From an uncultured Armatimonadetes bacterium (lineage in GTDB: Bacteria > Armatimonadota > UBA5829 > DTJY01): a DNA stretch of 64,000 nt. The DNA lies in contig OY970325.1 in the NCBI GenBank assembly GCA_963717145.1, positions 3,584,001 through 3,648,000 on the forward strand, written 5' to 3'. The position numbers and the translations under genes are program-made. Positions 57,387 to 64,000 of this stretch are shown in pieces; position 1 is the stretch's first letter, and the number at the start of each line of letters is the position of its first letter. The notes under the pieces are model-generated. The model ran no database searches. It was not told the origin of the DNA and was given only the letters and a program-made list of their open reading frames with translations.

Positions 57387-60300
57387 CTAGGCTTGCTCGA
57401 CGGTGACGACCGACTTGCCGAGGACCTGCTCGATCTCGGAGATCAGCTTCGGGGAGGGCTCGACCCTCGCCTGCGCCGAGACCTTCGTGGTCTTCCCGTT
57501 CTGGGCCACGACGAAATACACGGGGCTCTCGCCGGAGTACTTGGAGAACACGCCTCTGAGGTGCTTCAGCTTCTCCCGGTCGGCGGTCACCAGCCGAATG
57601 GTCAGGCATTTCGGCCCGTCGCCATTCCCGTTCTTGCCGCCGTTCCCGTTCCCATTCGTCAGCACCTGGATCGACTCGCAGATGATCCCGATCTCGCAGT
57701 TCGTCTCGCCGTCCGAGCCGGGCCGCTCGCGATGGTTCGTCTTCCCGCGCACGATCACCACCGCATCCTGGGCGATCACGTCCTTGTAGTCGCGGTAGAC
57801 CGACGGGAACGCGGTGACATCCATCTGGCCGTTCAGGTCCTCGATCGTGAGGAACGCCATCGGCTCGTTCTTCTTCGTAATGATCTTGCGGAACCCGGCG
57901 ATGATCCCGGCGACGATGACGTCCTGCTTGTCGGCCATCTCCTTGATCTTCGCGCTCGTGGCGGTCACGAATGTGGCGAACTTCTCCTGGAACTGCGAGA
58001 GCGGATGCTCCGAAAAGTAGAGCCCGAGGAGGTCCTTCTCGACCGCAAGCTGTTCATCGCGCGGCATCGGCTCGACCTGCGGGAGCGTCTTCGGCTCGAG
58101 GTACTCTTCCGACTCCTCGACCGAGTCGCCGCCGAAGAGGGAGTGCTGCCCGGCCTTCTTGTCGCGCTGAGCACGAAGCGCCATGCTCGTCGCGTCATCG
58201 AGGATGAAGAGAAGCTGCGCCCGGTTCTTGTTGATCGAGTCGAACGCGCCGCACTTGATCAGGCTCTCGATCGCGCTCCGGCCGACGATCGTGTCGCAGA
58301 CCCGCCGGGCGAACTCGTGGAGCGACTTGAACTGACCGCCCTCTTTGCGCGCTTCGAGGACCGCATCTATCGCGCCTCGTCCCACGCCCTTGACGGCCGC
58401 CAGCCCGAAGCAGATCGCCCCGTCGCAGACCTCGAACTCGACGCCGCTGGAGTTCACATCCGGCGGGAGCATCTTGATCCCGAATCGCTTGCAGTCATCG
58501 ATGTACATCGCCAGCTTGTCCTTGTCGTCCATGTTGGCCGACAGCAGCGCTGCGTAGTACTCGACCGGGTAGTTCGCCTTCATGTAGGCCGTCCGATACG
58601 CGACGAATGCATAGCAGACGGCGTGGGCCTTGTTGAACGCGTAGCCCGCGAACGGCTCGATCTGCTCGTAGATCTTGGAGGCGATCTTCTCGGCCACGCC
58701 GTCGGCTCTTCGCGCCCTCGAGGAACTTCACGCGCTGCTGATCCATGACCGCGCGGTCCTTGACCGACATCGCCTTGCGCAGGACGTCCGCCTGGCCCGA
58801 GCGTGAATCCGGCGATCGCGCGGGCGATCCAGAGCACCTGGTCCTGGTAGCAGATGACGCCGTAGGTCTCCTCGAGGATCGGCTCCAGGTCGGGATGCAG
58901 ATACTCGATCGGCTCCTGGCCGAACTTCGACCGGACGAACTTCGGGATGAACGCCATCGGCCCGGGTCGGTAGAGCGCAACGATAGCCGCGAGTTCACGG
59001 ACGGAGTTCGGCTTCAGCTCGATGACGTTCCGGCGCATCCCGGCGCCTTCGAGCTGGAAGACGCCGTTCGTGTCGCCCCTGCCCAGCATCTCGAACGTCT
59101 TCTCGTCGTCGAGCGGGATGTTCAGGATGTCGATGTCGATGCCCTGGTGCTCCTTCACGTTCTTCACGGCGTCGGCGAGGATGGTCAGGTTTGCCAGGCC
59201 GAGGAAGTCCATCTTGAGCGAGCCCGATCTTGGCGATGTCCTTCTTCGCCAGCTGCGCGACGACCTCGCCCTTGCCGCCCTAGCTGGCACCGGCACGTGA
59301 TCCGTCAGCGGGTCGTCCGAGATCAGCACGCCCGCCGCATGGACGCCGACGTTGCGGTTCAGCCCTTCCAGGGTCCGCGCAGTGTCGATCAGGGTCCTGG
59401 CATCCGCGCTGCGGTTGTATGCCTCCTGCAGCTCGGGGTTGCTCTTCGATCGCCTGGTCGATGGTGATGCCGACCGGGAGGGTCGGGATCATCTTGGCAG
59501 ATGCGATCGACCTCCGCCGAGGTCCATGCCGAGCACCCGCCCGCAGTCACGGACCGCGGCCCGGGCCTTGAGGCTGCCGAACGTCGCGATCTGCCCGACC
59601 CGGTCGCGGCCATACTTCTCGCAGACGTACTGGATCAGCTCGTCGCGGCGGTCGTCCTGGATGTCGAGATCGACGTCAGGCATCTCGATCGCGCTCCGGG
59701 TTGAGGAATCGCTCGAACGCGAGGCCGTATTCGATCGGGTCGACATCGGTGATCCCCAGGCCGTAGCAGACGAGGCTGCCCGCCGCCGAACCTCGGACGC
59801 CGACGTAGATCCCCTGCCGCGCGCGAAGTCGGTGAAGTCGCGCACGATCAGCATGTAGGTGGCGAAGCCGCACTGTCGGATGATGCCGCACTCGTAGTCG
59901 AACTGCTTCTGGTAGTCCTCGGCGACTCGCCGCCCATCCGCGTCCGCGAGGCCTTTCCACGCCTCGGTCTCCATATGGTCGCTCGGGATCGACCTGTGCC
60001 GGGACGCCGGGTCGGGCAGCTTGGGTCGGCCGAAGTCGAACTTGATGTTGCACCGCTCGGCGATCTCGAGCGTGTTCGTCGAGCGCGCCGGGGATGTCGG
60101 CCGAAGAGCGCGTGCCATCTCCTCCGGGACTCTTGATGTAGAACTCCTGCGAGCCGAACCGCAGGCGCTTGGGATCGTCCAGCGTGTGAGCCGGTCTGGA
60201 TGCAGAGCAGGACGTCGTGCGCCTCGGCGTCTTTGCTGGAAGGTGTAGTGGATATCGTTCGACGCCACCAGCTTCAGGCCCGTCTGTCTCGAAAGGCGGA

Positions 60301-60878
60301 TCAGCGCCTCGTTGACGGGCTTCTGCTCGGGGATTCCGTTCTCCTGAAGCTCGAGGTAGAGGTTCTCCTTGCCGAAGATATCGATATACTCCGCCAGCGA
60401 CCTCTCCGCCTGATCCATGCCGCTCCTCAGCAGCAATCGCGGGACCTCGCCGCTGAGGCAGCCGGTCAGGGCGATCAGGTCTTCGCTGTATTGTGCAAGA
60501 AGCTCCTTGTCGACCCGGGGCTTGTAGTAGAATCCCTCGGAGAAGGCGATGCTGACGAGCTTGATGAGGTTCTTGTAGCCTTTTTCGGTCTTGGCGAGCA
60601 GCACGAGGTGATACTGCTCCTTGTCGAGCCTGGCGTCGCGCTGCGTGCGCGACCGTGGGGCGACGTAGACCTCGCATCCGAGGATCGGCTTCATGCCGGC
60701 TGACTTGCATCTCGCAGTAGAAGGAGATGTTGCCGTACATCACGCCGTGGTCGGTGATCGCCATCGCGGGCATCTCGAACTCGACCGCCTGCTTGACGAG
60801 ATCGTGGATGCGGCAGGCCCCGTCGAGGAGGCTGAACTCGGTGTGCGTGTGAAGATGTATGAACCCGGGCTTCGACAT
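57387..60878 (-). CDS. dnaE: DNA polymerase III alpha subunit (many frameshifts, probably consensus errors)
   Basis: [16 protein letters not shown] domain, [35 protein letters not shown] fold; scattered over several frames. Confidence 0.93.
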
Positions 60879-60974
60879 CGGTGTACTTCCTGCGGAGAGA
60901 CTACACCATTGTTCGTCTTCGGGCCGCCGTTTCCTGCCAAAAGAGCCCCGGATTCTTGACAGTTACGCTGCGGC

Positions 60975-61043
60975 TGTCATTCTGAACGAAGTGAAGAATC
61001 CGGCCTTTGCGTGAACAGATTCTTCACTTCGTTCAGAATGACA
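60975..61043. repeat. TGTCATTCTGA-type REP-like inverted repeat
   Basis: TGTCATTCTGAACGAAGTGAAGAATC...GATTCTTCACTTCGTTCAGAATGACA. Confidence 0.85.
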
Positions 61044-61121
61044 CTCCAATCGAAGGGCCGGATGGACAGGATGGATGGCAGATGTTATACTTGCGCATCG
61101 TTCGCGTTTGGAGGTCAGATC

Positions 61122-61984
61122 ATGCCTGAAGCAGATGGCGCAAAACAGAAAGATTTCTTCCTGGACATTCCCGTGAAGTCCGAGCCTTTCTTCCTGCGAG
61201 GATGCAACTCGCTCGACTGGGGGCTGAAGAACCGCTTGTCGAATATCTTCAACCCTGAGAGCGGCCGAACCGTCATGCTCGCGATCGACCACGGCTACTT
61301 CCAGGGGCCGACGACCGGCCTCGAGCGCGTGGACGTGAATATCGTGCCGCTCATCCCGTTCGCCGACACGCTGATGCTGACCAGAGGCATCCTGCGAACG
61401 ACCATCCCGCCGAGCTACACGCGGGGGATCGTGCTGCGGGCGAGCGGCGGGCCGAGCATCCTGAAAGAGCTTTCCAACGAGCACATCGCCCTCGATATCG
61501 AGGATGCGATTCGCCTTAACGCGGCGGCGTTGGCGGTCCAGGTATTCATCGGCGGCGAGTACGAGACTCAGTCGGTGCACAATCTGACGCGGCTGGTCGA
61601 CATGGGCAACCGCTACGGGATCGCGACTCTCGCGGTGACGGCGGTCGGCAAGGAGATGGTCCGCGATGCGAGGTACATGCGGCTGGCGACCCGGATCTGC
61701 GCCGAGCTTGGGGCGACTTACGTGAAGACCTACTATGTCGAGGAGGACTTCGATACGGTGGTGGCGTCGTGCCCCGTGCCGATTGTCATTGCCGGCGGGA
61801 AGAAGCTCCCCGAGCTGGATGCGCTCAGGATGGCTTCGAACGCCATTCAGGCGGGCGCTGCGGGGTCGATATGGGCAGGAACATCTTCCAGGCCGAGAAG
61901 CCGATCGCCATGATCCAGGCGGTGCGCCAGGTCGTCCATGAGGGCAAGACTCCCGAGGAAGCGTACGAGAACTACCTGAGGTAA
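61122..61984 (+). CDS. lsrF: 3-hydroxy-5-phosphonooxypentane-2,4-dione thiolase (frameshift near 61862)
   Basis: [56 protein letters not shown] in next frame. Confidence 0.9.
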
Positions 61985-62128
61985 ATTCGAAGCACGAAAT
62001 CCGAAATTCGAAACAAGCACCCAAAAGGCAAAAGGGCAAATCACAGACCCCACATTCCGAGCGTTTGCTTTTTTGCCGTTTGCCTGATTTGGATTTGTTT
62101 CGAATTTCGAGCTTCGAATTTCGAATTT
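61985..62128. repeat. Inverted heptamer-array element of the TTCGAAA type
   Basis: ATTCGAAGCACGAAATCCGAAATTCGAAAC...GTTTCGAATTTCGAGCTTCGAATTTCGAAT. Confidence 0.85.
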
Positions 62129-62138
62129 GGCAGCCAAG

Positions 62139-62810
62139 ATGCTTACACCCATCGACAAGTTACGCGCCGCCGTGCCCACGCTCACCGTCGGGATACTGAC
62201 GGCCGATCTGCTGAACCTCGGGGCCGAGCTGAAGCTTCTCGAGCAGGCCGGGGTCAAGCTGGTGCACTTCGACGTCATGGACGGCTGTTTCGTCCCGATG
62301 ATGACGGTCGGCCCACCGCTGATCAAGGCGGTCAAGACGCCGCTCCTCAAGGACGTCCACCTGCTCATCCAGGACCCGATCGAGAAGATCGACGCTTACG
62401 TGGCCGCGGGCGCCGATATCATGACTCTTCATGTCGAGTCGGCGGATGATCTGCTGCCGGTCCTTCGCAAGCTCGACGGGCAGGTCGTCCGCGGGATTGC
62501 GATCAACCCTGGGACGGGCATCGAAGCCATCGAGCCGCTCCTGGACGAGGTGGAGATGATCGCCGTTGTGGCGGTCGTGCCGGGAGTCAGCTCGACGTTC
62601 GAGGAGTCCACGCCCGGGCGGCTGGCGAAGGTTCGGGAGATGATTGCCGGGCGGGACATTCTGCTGTGCATCGATGGCGGGATCAAGCGGGACAACATCG
62701 CCGAGGTCGCGAAGTTGGGGGCGGATATCATCGTCACCGGCAGCGCGGTGTTCGATGGCAAGGATCCGCTGGGCAATGCGCGATTCATGCTGGAAGCGGT
62801 GGAGCGATGA
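62139..62810 (+). CDS. rpe: Ribulose-phosphate 3-epimerase family protein
   Basis: HFDVMDG.FVP, DVHL, HVE, IDGGI, V.GSAVF. Confidence 0.85.
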   Translation: MLTPIDKLRAAVPTLTVGILTADLLNLGAELKLLEQAGVKLVHFDVMDGCFVPMMTVGPPLIKAVKTPLLKDVHLLIQDPIEKIDAYVAAGADIMTLHVESADDLLPVLRKLDGQVVRGIAINPGTGIEAIEPLLDEVEMIAVVAVVPGVSSTFEESTPGRLAKVREMIAGRDILLCIDGGIKRDNIAEVAKLGADIIVTGSAVFDGKDPLGNARFMLEAVER

Positions 62811-63637
62811 TGCAGGAACCGACATGTACCTATGATCTCAAGAATCGAGTGGCAGTCGTCACCGGCGCGGCCGGAGCAATCGGCGCGGGCATCTGCTCTG
62901 GCCTGCTGAACGCCAACTGCCGGGTCGCGATCACCGATCTCCCCGGCCCGAACCTCGACGGCATGGTGGAGGAGTACAAGACCGCCCTCGGCGAGCGCGT
63001 GATCGGCGTGCCGATGGACGTCACCGACGCGGAGTCGGTTGCCCAGGGGATCGGCCGCGTCAGGGAAGCCTTCGCGCGCATCGACATCGCCGTCCTCAAC
63101 GCCGGGATCGCCCACGTCTCGCCGCTCCGGGACATGGACCTGGAGGCGTTCCGGCGGCTGGAGCGAGTGAACGTCGAGGGGACGCTCCTCGTCCTCGGGG
63201 AGATGGCCCGGCATTTCGAAGCCCAGGGCACGGGCGGCGACATCGTCCTCGTCTCGACGAAGAATGTCTTTGCGCCGGGAGCGAAGTTCGGCGCATACAG
63301 CGCCACTAAGGCCGCCGCTCATCAGCTTGCACGGATTGCGAGCCTCGAGCTGGCCGAGATCGGCGTGCGGGTGAATATGGTGTCGCCGGACGCGGTCTTC
63401 TCCGATGGCGCGCGGAAATCGGGTCTCTGGCAGGAAGTCGGCCCGGACCGGATGAAGGCGCGCGGCCTGGACGAGAAGGGCCTGGAGGAATACTACCAGA
63501 GCCGAAACCTCTTGAAGGCCCAAGTCACCGCCGATCACGTCGCCAACGCGGTGCTCTTCTTCGCGTCCCATCAGACCCCGACCACCGGCGCGACCATCCC
63601 GGTCGACGGCGGCCTCCCGGACGCGACCCCAAGGTAG
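62807..63637 (+). CDS. SDR oxidoreductase (like the dehydrogenase half of bifunctional rhamnulose aldolase/SDR)
   Basis: TGAAGAIG, NAGI, STKNV..PG..FGAYSATKAA, VNMV.PDAVF, Y..RNLLK. Confidence 0.85.
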   Translation: MMQEPTCTYDLKNRVAVVTGAAGAIGAGICSGLLNANCRVAITDLPGPNLDGMVEEYKTALGERVIGVPMDVTDAESVAQGIGRVREAFARIDIAVLNAGIAHVSPLRDMDLEAFRRLERVNVEGTLLVLGEMARHFEAQGTGGDIVLVSTKNVFAPGAKFGAYSATKAAAHQLARIASLELAEIGVRVNMVSPDAVFSDGARKSGLWQEVGPDRMKARGLDEKGLEEYYQSRNLLKAQVTADHVANAVLFFASHQTPTTGATIPVDGGLPDATPR

Positions 63638-63643
63638 AAGGAC

Positions 63644-63753
63644 ACCGTCAGTCCTGAGTGCGCCGGTGAATGACGGCGTGTAACGAAGGACGGCCTAGTG
63701 CCACCGTCCTTCGTTACACGCCGTCATTCACCGGCGCACTCAGGACTGACGGT
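63644..63753. repeat. Long perfect inverted repeat (REP/MITE-like)
   Basis: About 50-bp arms ACCGTCAGTCCTGAGTGCGCCGGTGAATGACGGCGTGTAACGAAGGACGG. Confidence 0.85.
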
Positions 63754-63822
63754 TTTGGTTTGCGATTGTGCACGGGCCTTTACAAATCAGTCCGGCGATA
63801 GTATAATACTGCGTACCCACGT

Positions 63823-63897
63823 GGGCGGTTAGTTCAGGGGGAGAACGCCTCGTTGACACCGAGGAGGTCAGTGGTTCAAATCCACTATCGCCCACCA
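63823..63897 (+). tRNA. tRNA-Val(GAC)
   Basis: GGGCGGT/ATCGCCC acceptor, CCTCG-TTGACAC-CGAGG anticodon arm, GGTTCAAATCC, encoded CCA; TTTACA-N17-TATAAT promoter upstream. Confidence 0.96.
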
Positions 63898-64000
63898 TTC
63901 CCCATTCACGCATTCCGGCACAGTCGCGCATTTGTACTCCCGATCCTTCCCGAGGCAGGAAACCGCCCGCTCCCCGTTGAACACCTCTGCAAATGAAGAA

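Noticed and set aside
57387-60878. dnaE broken into many frames as programmed frameshifting or a true pseudogene
   Set aside because: The gene is normally essential, motifs are intact and indels are dense in a GC-rich stretch; consensus error is the simplest explanation
5770-61870. Single frameshifts in the epimerase, amidase 2, two GspG-like paralogs, PH paralog B and lsrF as phase variation
   Set aside because: No clear slippery or contingency tracts; cannot be distinguished from the indel errors evident in dnaE
301-63571. Long antisense or alternate-frame ORFs (for example 301-2031, 24037-25419, 39784-41160, 50548-52239, 57393-58748)
   Set aside because: Shadow ORFs expected in GC-rich DNA opposite well-supported genes; no motifs

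Overview
A GC-rich bacterial chromosomal segment. The gene mix (PEP-CTERM protein, H-X9-DG prepilin-like protein, Gram-positive-type LexA boxes, sigma54 promoters) is compatible with Armatimonadota or a similar lineage, but this is inference only. The accessory part contains a tail-less Mu-like phage head/lysis cluster (8.5-15.8 kb) with a LexA box upstream and a dense, nested IS cluster (IS481 x2, IS3, IS1182, IS66, ISKra4/ISLre2-like x2). It also holds an ECF sigma/anti-sigma operon, a four-helix-bundle gene flanked by inverted heptamer arrays, two paralogous GerMN-amidases and four tandem GspG-C-terminus-like paralogs. Ordinary genes include a DUF1998 helicase, copA, dnaE, lsrF, rpe, an SDR and tRNA-Val(GAC). 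The strongest unexplained signals are six. (1) A family of inverted short-tandem-repeat elements with periods of 6-9 bp: one copy carries a four-helix-bundle gene, several sit in frame inside proteins, and IS481 appears to target them. (2) A possibly domesticated, SOS-controlled head-only phage module. (3) A conserved structured 5'UTR upstream of both amidases. (4) A sigma54-driven small RNA candidate. (5) A TlpA-like gene with an in-frame TGA and a SECIS-like hairpin. (6) An ECF promoter motif repeated five times. Several genes, dnaE above all, carry frameshifts that are probably consensus errors, so single-base claims need read-level checking.
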